In this document: one piece after another, positions 1-9,610 of the stretch
Layout of the letters: each line of letters begins with the position of its first letter
Numbering within the stretch: position 1 is the stretch's first letter
Assembly: GCA_944392455.1 (NCBI GenBank)
Contig: CALXWP010000006.1
Coordinates: 3,133-67,132 of the forward strand
From: an uncultured Clostridia bacterium
GTDB taxonomy: Bacteria; Bacillota; Clostridia; TANB77; CAG-508
Length of the DNA: 64,000 nucleotides
Direction of reading: 5' to 3'
The notes under the pieces: generated by a model
What the model was told of the DNA's origin: nothing
Databases searched by the model: none
Seen by the model: only the letters and a program-made list of their open reading frames with translations
Program-made: the position numbers and the translations under genes

Positions 1-110
1 ATTTTAATTCATCAAATATTTCTTCTTTCTTTATAAAATATCCATTTGAAAAAATGAAATAATTTTGTCTTATTTTTTTTGGAACATAGATCATTGTTGT
101 TGTATTCATA
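1..110 (-). CDS. Partial CDS, N-terminus only (MNTTTMIYVPKKIRQNYFIFSNGYFIKKEEIFDELK...); the gene runs off the window start
   Basis: Reverse-strand ATG at 108-110 preceded by GGAGG (revcomp of cctcc at 117-121); open to the window edge. Confidence 0.3.
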
Positions 111-462
111 AGTTGCCTCCTGCGGGGTTACCGCTCTACTTCCAAAAGTTCAATTGACTAGAATATTAATATAAATCACAAAATGTGTGCGATGTTTCTT
201 ACGCTCCATATAGTAATATTCATTTTGTTAACCTTAATTTTGAAAGTTGCCCGTGTACATGTGCAAGTACTACAGTACCTACACGTGTAATAATTATAGT
301 ACAGCTTAACGTACTATACTAAAATTATACCATATTATGTCAAATTGAATAAATTAAACAAAATCATATTTTGAGTTTATTTAATAAAATTATTGAAACT
401 AAAAAATTAGAATGATATAATGACTCAATAATATAAAAATAATCATGAGATGAGGAGGAAGA

Positions 463-1626
463 ATGAATTTAGAGACATTAATGCCAGATTATAATCATAG
501 CATTTTAAATTTAATCAATTCTATTTTAAAAAAATATAATGTTCAGAGTAAATATAGAGGTCTTAGTAAATTGGATAATTTATTAGAAAAAGAATATAAA
601 AATGTTGTATTAGTTGTATTAGATGGAATGGGTGAAAGTATTTTAAATAATTTTTCTAAAAATGGATTATTTAAAAATAATGAAATAGATACTATTACAT
701 CAGTATATCCTTCTACAACAACAGCAGCAATGACAACATATTATTCAGGAAAACCACCTATAGAAACAGGATGGATAGCATGGTCACAATATTTTAAAGA
801 ATATGGAAAGAGTCTAGATTTGTTTCCTGAAAAAGATTCGTATACAGGAGATAAATTAAAAATTAGTAGATTACAAGTAGATGATATAATAGGGTATAAA
901 ACGGTTTATGAATTAATTAGAGAAAATAATAATGATGTAAAATCATATGAAATACAACCAATTCATTGTGCAAAAAAAGCAAAGATTACTATGACAGCTA
1001 ATAATATTGAGGAAATGTGTGAATGTATAGAAACTTTATGTACTAGTAACGGAAATAAATTTATTATGGCATATAATGATAACCCAGATGGTTTGTTACA
1101 TAAATTTGGATGCAAATCAGAAGAGGTTAAAGAATTTATTGAAAATACAGAAAAAGAATTTGAAAAATTAGTAGATAAATTAAAAGAAACAGATACATTA
1201 ATAATTATTTCAGCAGACCACGGGCATAATGATATTGAAGAAACGATTGATGTGGTTGAAGAAGAAGAATTACAAGAATGCTTAGTAATGCCACCGTCTT
1301 TAGAATCAAGAGCTACTAGTTTTCTTGTAAAAGAAGATAAGAAAAAAGAATTTGAAAAGATGTTTAATAAAAAATATGGAGATAGATTCAAATTATACAC
1401 TAAAGAAGAGTTTTTAGAAAAAGGTTTTCTAGGATTTGGAGAAAAGCATAAAAAGATAGATGATTTTCTAGGAAATTATATTGCTGTATCAATAGCTTCA
1501 TCAAGATTTCTTTTGGGGACTGATTTATCTAGAGAGCTAAAAAAACCTGATGAGAAAAAATCGACACATTGTGGATTAACGAGAAACGAAATGGAAGTAC
1601 CTTTAATAGTGTTTGATTTAAAATAA
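463..1626 (+). CDS. Alkaline-phosphatase superfamily metalloenzyme (type I phosphodiesterase / nucleotide pyrophosphatase-like)
   Basis: VVLDGMGE and ISADHGH metal-ligand motifs typical of the AlkP/NPP/phosphomutase fold; strong RBS gaggagg before the ATG. Confidence 0.6.
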   Translation: MNLETLMPDYNHSILNLINSILKKYNVQSKYRGLSKLDNLLEKEYKNVVLVVLDGMGESILNNFSKNGLFKNNEIDTITSVYPSTTTAAMTTYYSGKPPIETGWIAWSQYFKEYGKSLDLFPEKDSYTGDKLKISRLQVDDIIGYKTVYELIRENNNDVKSYEIQPIHCAKKAKITMTANNIEEMCECIETLCTSNGNKFIMAYNDNPDGLLHKFGCKSEEVKEFIENTEKEFEKLVDKLKETDTLIIISADHGHNDIEETIDVVEEEELQECLVMPPSLESRATSFLVKEDKKKEFEKMFNKKYGDRFKLYTKEEFLEKGFLGFGEKHKKIDDFLGNYIAVSIASSRFLLGTDLSRELKKPDEKKSTHCGLTRNEMEVPLIVFDLK

Positions 1627-1848
1627 AGTAATAAAAATAATAATACTGTAAAGTAAAAGATACAAAATCAATTTAATTATTTTATATAGATATAATTTTA
1701 TTGAATTGTATCTTTTTTATTTTTATTAAAATTAATTTATAATTTAATATACAAATTAATGTTAATTGTAGAAAAATTATACTATTTATGATATATTGAT
1801 AGAAATAAAAAAGATAGTGAAAGATAAAATAAAATGAAGGTGAAAAAT

Positions 1849-2478
1849 ATGAATATATTAGCAATATATAATAAATATCATATACCTGAAAATCTACAAA
1901 TGCATATGCTTAGAGTAGCTGCTTGTAGTAATATAATAATGGATAATTGGAATGGACCTGAAATAGATAAAAAAGCAGTTACAAGAGTATGCTTGTTACA
2001 TGATATGGGTAATATTGTTAAGATTCCAGAAGATTTTTCTGATGATAAGGAGTTTCAAAAAACAAGAAAAAAATATTTTGATATATTTGGAACTAATGAT
2101 CATGAAATAAATATGGAAATAGGAAAGATAGAGGGGCTAACAAAAAAAGAATTAGAAATACTAGATGGAAAAAGATCAAGAAAAAATGAGCAAACATTAA
2201 AATCTGATTGCTATGAAATAAAACTATGTGCATATTGTGATCAAAGAGTTGCTCCAGATGGAGTTGAAAGTTTAAGAGAAAGATTAGAAGATGTAAAGAA
2301 GAGATATAAAAACAAACCATTATCTGTATGGTCTAATAAAGAAAAAGCAAACCATTTAATTGAATGTGCACTAGGAATAGAAAAGCAAGTTATGGAATGT
2401 TGCACAATTAAACCTGAAGAGATAAATGACAGTTCAATAGAACAATATATTCAAAAATTAAAAGAATATGAAATATAA
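1849..2478 (+). CDS. HD-domain phosphohydrolase (the track ORF starts at 1834; the Met at 1849 has the better RBS)
   Basis: H...LLHDMG...D HD motif. Confidence 0.6.
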   Translation: MNILAIYNKYHIPENLQMHMLRVAACSNIIMDNWNGPEIDKKAVTRVCLLHDMGNIVKIPEDFSDDKEFQKTRKKYFDIFGTNDHEINMEIGKIEGLTKKELEILDGKRSRKNEQTLKSDCYEIKLCAYCDQRVAPDGVESLRERLEDVKKRYKNKPLSVWSNKEKANHLIECALGIEKQVMECCTIKPEEINDSSIEQYIQKLKEYEI

Positions 2479-2508
2479 AATATAATATAAAATTAAGGAG
2501 AGTTTAAT

Positions 2509-3165
2509 ATGAAATTAGTGTTAGCTTCACAAGGATTTACTACAGATGAAATTGCAAATAAAGTTGCTGAACTAGTAGGAAAAGAATTAAAAGATATAAA
2601 TATTGGAATTATAAATGAGTCATATGTAGCAAAATCAGAGCATAGTTCTAAAAGATGGCTTATTAAAGAACTATCAGATATAGAAAAACATATTGGAGGA
2701 GTTATAGACTTTGTTAATTTAAGAGCATATGATGAAAATGAAATTGAAAGAAGATTATCAGCAGCAGATGTGATATACATAGTAGGAGGAAAACAATTAG
2801 TTTTAGGTGAATTATTTAAAAATACAGGAACAGATAAGGTATTAAAAAAATTAGCTGAATCTAAAGTTATAATGGGAACATCTGCTGGATCAATCGTTTT
2901 AGGTAAATTAATTGAAAGTAGATATTATTGGAAAGAAAGATATGGAATTAATATAGATGAAATTAAAAACAATGAATTAGAATTGGTTGATTTTAATATC
3001 ATACCACATTATATGAGAGAAGATCATTTAAAATGGGATGAAGAATTTTATAAAAAAGTAGCTGAAGAAAATTCTTTTCCTCTATATGCTATTACTGATA
3101 CACAAGCAATAATATATAATGAAGGAAAGATAGAATTTGTTGGAGGAGAACCTGTGATATATTAG
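2509..3165 (+). CDS. pepE: Peptidase S51 family (dipeptidase E-like)
   Basis: GTSAGSIVLG nucleophile-elbow motif; length and order typical of PepE; RBS aaggagag. Confidence 0.7.
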   Translation: MKLVLASQGFTTDEIANKVAELVGKELKDINIGIINESYVAKSEHSSKRWLIKELSDIEKHIGGVIDFVNLRAYDENEIERRLSAADVIYIVGGKQLVLGELFKNTGTDKVLKKLAESKVIMGTSAGSIVLGKLIESRYYWKERYGINIDEIKNNELELVDFNIIPHYMREDHLKWDEEFYKKVAEENSFPLYAITDTQAIIYNEGKIEFVGGEPVIY

Positions 3166-3219
3166 TATAATTAATATAAATATTAATAATAAATTAGATA
3201 GTTAGGGAGAAGTTAATCT

Positions 3220-4005
3220 ATGATAGATTTTAATAAAGCACAAGAAGCATTTTCAGAATATTTAAATAATTATGATAAAAATGATTCAAAAATTAGATTA
3301 AAAATAAAACATACATATGAAGTTGTAAATCAAAGTGAATATATTTCAAAAGGATTAAATTTAGATGAAGAAAATATAGAAATTGCAAAAATTATTGCTT
3401 TATTACATGATATAGGACGATTTGAACAAATAAAAGTAACATCTGATTTTATAGATACTGACAAACTAGATCATGCAGATTTTGGAGCAAAAGTATTATT
3501 TGAAGATAATTTAATTCATAAATTCATAGAAACAAATAAATATGATAATTTGATAAAAACAGCGATAATAAATCACAATAAATTAAAAATTGAAGATAAT
3601 CTAGATAAAGATGTTGAATTACATTGTAAGATTATTAGAGATGCAGATAAATTAGATAATTTTAGAGTTAAGGAAGAAGAAGATTTTAAAGATATTTTTC
3701 CTAATGTATATAATCCTGATACTTTATATTATTCTACTATTTCTGAAAAAGTATATTCTGATTTTATGAATGGAAAATGTATAAATGTAAATGATAGAAA
3801 AACTCAACTAGACTATTGGTTTTGTGTTATCGCTTTCATATTTGATCTTAATTTTGACATATCTAAAAAATACATTTTAGATAAAAACTATATTAATATT
3901 TTAATAGATAGGATACAATATAAAGACGAAGAAACAAAAAAACAAATGGAAGATATACGAAAGTTCGCAAATGATTATTTAAAAGAAAGTATGAGTGATA
4001 AATAA
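3220..4005 (+). CDS. HD-domain phosphohydrolase
   Basis: H..(28)..LLHDIGR...DHADFG...RDADKLD motifs. Confidence 0.7.
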   Translation: MIDFNKAQEAFSEYLNNYDKNDSKIRLKIKHTYEVVNQSEYISKGLNLDEENIEIAKIIALLHDIGRFEQIKVTSDFIDTDKLDHADFGAKVLFEDNLIHKFIETNKYDNLIKTAIINHNKLKIEDNLDKDVELHCKIIRDADKLDNFRVKEEEDFKDIFPNVYNPDTLYYSTISEKVYSDFMNGKCINVNDRKTQLDYWFCVIAFIFDLNFDISKKYILDKNYINILIDRIQYKDEETKKQMEDIRKFANDYLKESMSDK

Positions 4006-4113
4006 AAAATATTCACAAGAAAGAAATATATACAATTATTTATCAACAAAAAATTGTATTATTGTGGATTGTTCAACTAAAGATTAAGAAATATTGCAAG
4101 GAAAAGGAAGAAT

Positions 4114-5028
4114 ATGATTTTAGCATTAATTTTTGTAATTTTAATTTCAATAGCAATGGGATTCATTGCAGGAAACTTTTTATTTAATTTAGCTTTAAAT
4201 CCTAAGTCGTCTAAAAGTATAATTTTTAAAAATGAATATGATGAAGAGATAGAAAATAAAAAAGAAGAAAACAGAAAATGGATTGAAGAAAATTCAAAAG
4301 AAGTATATATAGAAAATAAAAAAATAAAATTGCATGGGTATGAAGTAATAAATAAAAAAGAATCTAATATATGGATAATAGCAGTTCATGGATATATTGA
4401 TTCTGCAGTATCAATGGTACCAAGTTGCAAACAGTTTAATAGATTAGGATATAATGTTCTGATGCCAAATTTAAGAACACATGGAAAAAGTGAAGGTAAA
4501 TATATTGGAATGGGATGGCTTGATAGAATAGATATTCTGAAATGGATTGAATACTTAATAAACAAATACAGAAATATAAAAATAATTTTATATGGAATAT
4601 CAATGGGAGCTGCAACTGTGATGATGACCAGTGGAGAAAAGTTACCTAAGAATGTAAAAATGGTAATAGAAGATTGTGGATATACATCCGTATGGGAAGA
4701 ATTTACATATGAGCTTAAAACATTATTTCATATGCCGCAATTTCCAACGCTATATTATGCAAATTTAATTACTATTTTACGAGCAGGATATTCATTAAGA
4801 AAAGCATCTTGTATAAAACAAATAAAAAAATCAAAAATACCAATATTATTTATACATGGAGATAAAGATAAATTTGTACCATTTTATATGCTTGATAAAT
4901 TATATGAAGCAGCAACATGTAGAAAAGAAAAATTAGTTATAAAAAATGCAGAACATGCAGAAGCACAGGAAATAGATAAAGAGAAATATTGGAAAACAGT
5001 AAAAAAGTTTATAAAAAACAATTTATAA
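4114..5028 (+). CDS. Alpha/beta hydrolase with an N-terminal membrane anchor
   Basis: N-terminal TM helix; GISMGAAT nucleophile elbow (GxSxG). Confidence 0.7.
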   Translation: MILALIFVILISIAMGFIAGNFLFNLALNPKSSKSIIFKNEYDEEIENKKEENRKWIEENSKEVYIENKKIKLHGYEVINKKESNIWIIAVHGYIDSAVSMVPSCKQFNRLGYNVLMPNLRTHGKSEGKYIGMGWLDRIDILKWIEYLINKYRNIKIILYGISMGAATVMMTSGEKLPKNVKMVIEDCGYTSVWEEFTYELKTLFHMPQFPTLYYANLITILRAGYSLRKASCIKQIKKSKIPILFIHGDKDKFVPFYMLDKLYEAATCRKEKLVIKNAEHAEAQEIDKEKYWKTVKKFIKNNL

Positions 5029-5047
5029 AAAATACGAGGAGGGAAAA

Positions 5048-5584
5048 ATGCAAAAATTAGATTATGCAATTTTATTTGCCACAAAAGCACATGACGGACA
5101 AAGGAGAAAAACTGACAATGTAGATATGATATTTCACCCATTTACAGTAGGAATGTTATTACAAAAGAGTGGAATGAGTGAAGAAACCGTGATTGCCGGA
5201 ATTCTACATGATGTAGTAGAGGATACTAAGTATACGATAGAAGATATTGAAAAGATTTTTGGAACAAATGTAAAAAATATTGTAGAAGAAGTAACAGAGA
5301 ATAAAAAACTAGAATGGAAAGAGAGAAAAAAAGAAGCAATAGAAAAAATTAAAAATGCAAGTTTCGAAGGAAAAATGGTTGAATGTGCAGACAAAATAAA
5401 TAACTTGGAAAGTTTATATGATTTATTAGAAGAAAAAGGAGAAGATGTTTGGAAAAGTTTTAATAAGCCATATCAAGAGCAAAGATGGTATTATACAGAA
5501 ATGTATAAAGCAGTTATACAAAATGTGGAATATAATAACTTTTTCAAGAGATATGAAACAATATTATACAAAATTTTTAAATAA
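5048..5584 (+). CDS. Small alarmone hydrolase (RelA/SpoT-type HD domain, Mesh1/SAH-like (p)ppGpp pyrophosphohydrolase)
   Basis: AHDGQRRK...HPFTV...ILHDVVEDT...IEKIFG matches the SpoT hydrolase-domain signature (AHxGQxRKSGEPY..HP..LLHDVVEDT); no synthetase domain. Confidence 0.7.
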   Translation: MQKLDYAILFATKAHDGQRRKTDNVDMIFHPFTVGMLLQKSGMSEETVIAGILHDVVEDTKYTIEDIEKIFGTNVKNIVEEVTENKKLEWKERKKEAIEKIKNASFEGKMVECADKINNLESLYDLLEEKGEDVWKSFNKPYQEQRWYYTEMYKAVIQNVEYNNFFKRYETILYKIFK

Positions 5585-5598
5585 AAGTGGGGTATAAA

Positions 5599-6357
5599 AT
5601 GATTACAATTTCTGAAGCTGATATGGAACAAAAGATGAATGAAATAAAAGACAATATGCGTAGGATAAAAGAAGGAATCAATGATGACAGAGATCCAATC
5701 TTTATTGAATTATTAGGAACTCCTAAAAGTGGAAAAACAACATTATTAAAAAATGTTAAAGGATTATTTGCTAATAGCGGAATTGAAATGTTTACAAGAA
5801 GAGAAACAGCAGAATATAATCCAGTAGATAAAGATTCTAATCAATATGATTTATGGATGGTTTTAGAATTATTTAGAAATTTAGTTGAAGATATTTCAAA
5901 TAGAAAAGGGCAAATAGTGATATATGATAGAGGAATTATAGATAGGTTAACTTGGCTTCAAAGTGCACGATTAGAAGGAAGTATAGAAGATGAAGACTTA
6001 AATAGACTTTTTGAATTATATAAAATAAATAGTATAAATAGTGGATATAAACCTATAACTTTAGGATTTTTAACTTCTCCAGAGTTAAGTGTGCAACGAA
6101 AAGGAAAAGAAGGGAGAGTAGTAAATGTACAGAATTTAAGAAGATATAATACAATTCTTAAAGATAGTCAACAATTGATAAGTCAAATGTCTTCTAGCTA
6201 TAAATTAACAGAAACTGATACATATCAAGGAAAACTCGAAGAATTTATATTAGATATGTCATCATATATTACAGGACAAATAGCAAATCAACTAGAAATA
6301 AAGAAAAGTGAAAAAGTAAAGAATACTACTATAAGTGAAAAAACTGAAAGAGAATAG
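5599..6357 (+). CDS. P-loop NTPase, nucleotide/nucleoside-kinase-like (uncharacterized)
   Basis: Walker A GTPKSGKTT after a ~35-aa N-terminal helix; IYDRGIIDRL resembles the ERS/DRx motif of dNK/zeta-type kinases; RBS aagtgggg before ATG 5599 (track ORF starts at 5587). Confidence 0.5.
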   Translation: MITISEADMEQKMNEIKDNMRRIKEGINDDRDPIFIELLGTPKSGKTTLLKNVKGLFANSGIEMFTRRETAEYNPVDKDSNQYDLWMVLELFRNLVEDISNRKGQIVIYDRGIIDRLTWLQSARLEGSIEDEDLNRLFELYKINSINSGYKPITLGFLTSPELSVQRKGKEGRVVNVQNLRRYNTILKDSQQLISQMSSSYKLTETDTYQGKLEEFILDMSSYITGQIANQLEIKKSEKVKNTTISEKTERE

Positions 6358-6385
6358 ATTCTAAAGAAAAGAAAGGGAGGAAAAT

Positions 6386-7063
6386 ATGAAACAAGGTAAA
6401 TTATTTGTAATTGATGGAACAGATGGAAGCGGAAAGCAGACTCAACTTCAAAAATTAAAAGAAAGATTTGATAAAGAAAAAATAGAATATAAAACGGTAA
6501 GTTTTCCAAATTATGATAGTCCATCATCTTCCTTAGTAAAAATGTATTTAAATGGAGAATTTGGAACAGATCCATTAAAAATTAGTCCATATATAGCTTC
6601 AACTTTTTATGCAGTAGATAGATATGCTACTTTTAAAAAAGAATATGAAGAATATTATAATAACGGTGGAATAATTTTAGCAGATAGATATACGACTTCG
6701 AATATGGTACACCAAGCAGGAAAGATAAAGGATGATGAAGAAAGAAATAAATTTTTAGACTGGCTATGGGATTTTGAATTTAATTTATATGGATTACCCG
6801 TACCTACAAAGGTTATATTTTTAAATATGCCAACAGAATATGCAGAAAAATTGATGAAAAATAGAGTAAATAAAATCACACATGAAGAAAAGAAAGATAT
6901 ACATGAAAGCAATAAGTCTCATTTACAAGATGCGTATAATGAAGCTTGTAAATTAGTAAAGAAATATGATTGGTGTGAAATAAAATGTGTAGAAAATGAA
7001 AAAATAAAAACAATAGAAGAAATACATGAAGAAGTATTTAACAATGTAAAGAAATATATATAA
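6386..7063 (+). CDS. Thymidylate-kinase family nucleotide kinase (Tmk paralogue or dNMP kinase)
   Basis: FVIDGTDGSGKQTQ P-loop and ILADRYTTS DRY motif of the Tmk family. Confidence 0.6.
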   Translation: MKQGKLFVIDGTDGSGKQTQLQKLKERFDKEKIEYKTVSFPNYDSPSSSLVKMYLNGEFGTDPLKISPYIASTFYAVDRYATFKKEYEEYYNNGGIILADRYTTSNMVHQAGKIKDDEERNKFLDWLWDFEFNLYGLPVPTKVIFLNMPTEYAEKLMKNRVNKITHEEKKDIHESNKSHLQDAYNEACKLVKKYDWCEIKCVENEKIKTIEEIHEEVFNNVKKYI

Positions 7064-7074
7064 AAATTAAAAAA

Positions 7075-7136
7075 GGGGACGGGCTTGTTTTGTAAATTTT
7101 TTATATTTTACAAAACAAGCCCGTCCCCTTTTAAAA
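7075..7136. terminator. Rho-independent terminator, bidirectional hairpin
   Basis: Perfect 22-bp stem ggggacgggcttgttttgtaaa / tttacaaaacaagcccgtcccc flanked by A and T runs. Confidence 0.85.
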
Positions 7137-7210
7137 AAAATACTTGTAATTCTTGGAAAATGTATGTATAATAAGTAAGTATTAACATAAAAGTAGTGAG
7201 GAGTGATACT

Positions 7211-7501
7211 ATGGCAGATGTAAGTAAAGGAGAGTTATTGCATATTGCAAATTTAGCAAATTTAAATATTAAAGAAGATGAACTAGACAATTATTTAGCA
7301 AATCTTCAAGATATATTAAATTTTGCGAATGTAGTAAACAATGCCAATACAGAAGGATTAGAAGAAACAATAGGAGAAAACGACAAATATAATGTATTTA
7401 GAAAAGATGAAGTAAAAGAATTTAAAGAGAATAATTTATTATTAATGAATGCAAAAGAACAAGAAAGAAATATGTTCAAAATACCAAAAGTAATTAACTA
7501 G
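7211..7501 (+). CDS. gatC: Asp/Glu-tRNA amidotransferase subunit C
   Basis: MADVSKGELLHIANLANLNIKEDELD... is a typical GatC; sits upstream of gatA/gatB. Confidence 0.85.
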   Translation: MADVSKGELLHIANLANLNIKEDELDNYLANLQDILNFANVVNNANTEGLEETIGENDKYNVFRKDEVKEFKENNLLLMNAKEQERNMFKIPKVIN

Positions 7502-7509
7502 GAGAATTT

Positions 7510-8118
7510 ATGAATATAGGAATAGATATAGATGATACACTTACTAATACATATGAACTTGCCTTTAATTATGCAGAAGATTACACAGTAAATGAATTAA
7601 AGAAAGAGATTAAATATGTAAATAGAGAAAGAATTAGAAATAGATTTACTCAAAATTTTCATGGTTGGTCAGAAGAAGAGGATAGATCTTTTTGGGATAA
7701 ATATTATGAAATTATTGTTAAAAATGTTAGAATAAAACCGTTTGCTAAAGAAGTTATAGACAAACTAAGAGATGAAGGAGATTGTATATACTTCATAACA
7801 GCAAGACATATATCTGAAAAATTTGATATTGAAGAAGTAACAAGAACATGGCTAAAAAAACATGAAATAGAATATGAAGGTATATATTTAAATATTTCAG
7901 ATAAAGCTAAAATCATAAAAAATAATAATATAGATTTTTTTATTGATGATAATATAACTAATTGTTTAAATGTTGCCAAAACAGGAATAAAGACATACAT
8001 AATGGATGGGCTAATAAATTGTAATTTTAAAGATGAAAATATAGAGAGAATTTATTCATGGCCACATCTATATCAAGCTATTAATAAATACAAAAAAGAG
8101 ATGGGAGGAAGTAAATAA
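7510..8118 (+). CDS. HAD-superfamily hydrolase (5'(3')-deoxyribonucleotidase-like) inserted between gatC and gatA
   Basis: N-terminal [11 protein letters not shown] motif I; C-terminal FIDDN motif. Confidence 0.6.
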   Translation: MNIGIDIDDTLTNTYELAFNYAEDYTVNELKKEIKYVNRERIRNRFTQNFHGWSEEEDRSFWDKYYEIIVKNVRIKPFAKEVIDKLRDEGDCIYFITARHISEKFDIEEVTRTWLKKHEIEYEGIYLNISDKAKIIKNNNIDFFIDDNITNCLNVAKTGIKTYIMDGLINCNFKDENIERIYSWPHLYQAINKYKKEMGGSK

Positions 8119-9587
8119 TGGACATTACAAGTTTAACAGTACATGAGCTTCAAGAAAAATTACAAGCAAAAGAACTTACAAGTGAAGAAATAGTACAAGC
8201 ATATGTAGATAGAATAAATGATAAAGAAAAAGATGTAAAAGCATTTGTTACAACATTATGTGATGAAGCTTTAAAAGAAGCAAAAGAAATTGATAAAAAA
8301 AGAAAAAATGGAGAAAAGTTATCTAATTTAGCAGGTATTCCAATAGGAATAAAAGATAATATGTGTACAAAAGGTGTAAAAACTACATGTAGTTCAAAAA
8401 TGCTAGAAGATTTTGTTGCTCCATATAATGCAACAGTAGTAGAAAAATTAAATGATGAAAATTTAATTGATTTAGGAAAATTAAATATGGATGAATTTGC
8501 AATGGGAGCATCTACAGAATATTCATATTTTAAGAAAACATCAAACCCATGGAAATTAAATACTGTACCGGGGGGATCTTCTGGTGGTAGTGCTGCAGCA
8601 GTTGCAGCTGATTTAGTACCATGGGCATTGGGAAGTGATACAGGTGGATCAATTCGTCAACCATCATCTTTCTGTGGAGTAGTTGGTTTAAAACCAACAT
8701 ATGGATTAGTATCAAGATATGGCTTAGTGGCGTTTGCTTCATCACTTGATCAAATCGGACCTATTACAAAAGATGTAAGAGATGCAGCAATGCTTTTAAA
8801 TATAATAGCTGGACATGATGAAAGAGATTCTACTTCATATGATATTCCTAAAAAGGATTATACTAAAGCATTAAAAAATGATGTTAAAGGATTAAAAATA
8901 GGTATTCCTAAAGAATATTTTGGTGAAGGAATAAATGAAGAAGTTAAGAAAAAACTAGAAGAAGCAATAGAAATTTATAAAAAATTAGGTGCTGAAGTAG
9001 AAGAATTTTCACTAGATATTGCTGAGTATGCTTTAGCAACATATTATATTATAGCTTGTGCTGAAGCAAGTTCAAACTTAGGAAGATTTGATGGAATAAG
9101 ATATGGATATAGAACAGAGAACTTCGCAAACTTAAAAGAATTATATAGAAATTCAAGAAGCGAAGGATTTGGACCAGAAGTAAAAAGAAGAATTATTCTT
9201 GGTACTTATGTTCTTTCTTCTGGATATTATGATGCATACTATAAAAAAGCTCAACAAGTTCGTACTTTAGTAAAGAAAGAATTTGATAAAGCATTTGAAA
9301 AATATGATGTCCTATTAACGCCAACATCACCAACAGTTGCATTTGAAATGGGAACAAGATCAGAAAACCCACTAGAAATGTATTTAGCAGATATTTGTAC
9401 AGTTTCAGTAAACATTGCTGGGCTTCCAGGAATATCAATTCCATGTGGTGTAAATAGTGATGGTATGCCTATAGGTATGCAATTAATAGGAAACAAATTT
9501 GAAGAAGAAAAAATATTAAATGCAGCATATACATTTGAACAAGAATATAAATTTAGAGATAAATATAAACCAGAATTTAGAAAATAA
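8118..9587 (+). CDS. gatA: Glu-tRNA(Gln)/Asp-tRNA(Asn) amidotransferase subunit A
   Basis: Amidase signature [13 protein letters not shown]...[11 protein letters not shown]. Confidence 0.95.
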   Translation: MDITSLTVHELQEKLQAKELTSEEIVQAYVDRINDKEKDVKAFVTTLCDEALKEAKEIDKKRKNGEKLSNLAGIPIGIKDNMCTKGVKTTCSSKMLEDFVAPYNATVVEKLNDENLIDLGKLNMDEFAMGASTEYSYFKKTSNPWKLNTVPGGSSGGSAAAVAADLVPWALGSDTGGSIRQPSSFCGVVGLKPTYGLVSRYGLVAFASSLDQIGPITKDVRDAAMLLNIIAGHDERDSTSYDIPKKDYTKALKNDVKGLKIGIPKEYFGEGINEEVKKKLEEAIEIYKKLGAEVEEFSLDIAEYALATYYIIACAEASSNLGRFDGIRYGYRTENFANLKELYRNSRSEGFGPEVKRRIILGTYVLSSGYYDAYYKKAQQVRTLVKKEFDKAFEKYDVLLTPTSPTVAFEMGTRSENPLEMYLADICTVSVNIAGLPGISIPCGVNSDGMPIGMQLIGNKFEEEKILNAAYTFEQEYKFRDKYKPEFRK

Positions 9588-9610
9588 TAAATAAGGAGGA
9601 GGAATAAATA

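Noticed and set aside
110-462. Considered a known structured RNA (6S, SRP, RNase P, tmRNA, tRNA) in the long upstream intergenic region
   Set aside because: None of the hallmark conserved sequences of those RNAs are present. The region is reported only as an unexplained structured element.
963-1400. 145-aa minus-strand track ORF antisense to the AlkP-family gene, plus the many other 60-110-aa antisense track ORFs (e.g. 2093-2320, 4884-5141, 8530-8745, 9193-9496, 13381-13575, 14307-14827, 22582-23178, 30411-30974, 37380-37700, 40670-41293, 42276-43475, 45583-46627, 58756-59076, 61150-61407)
   Set aside because: All lie fully inside, and antisense to, well-supported genes. They have low-complexity Leu/Phe/Ile-rich translations typical of AT-rich antisense frames, with no RBS and no independent support.
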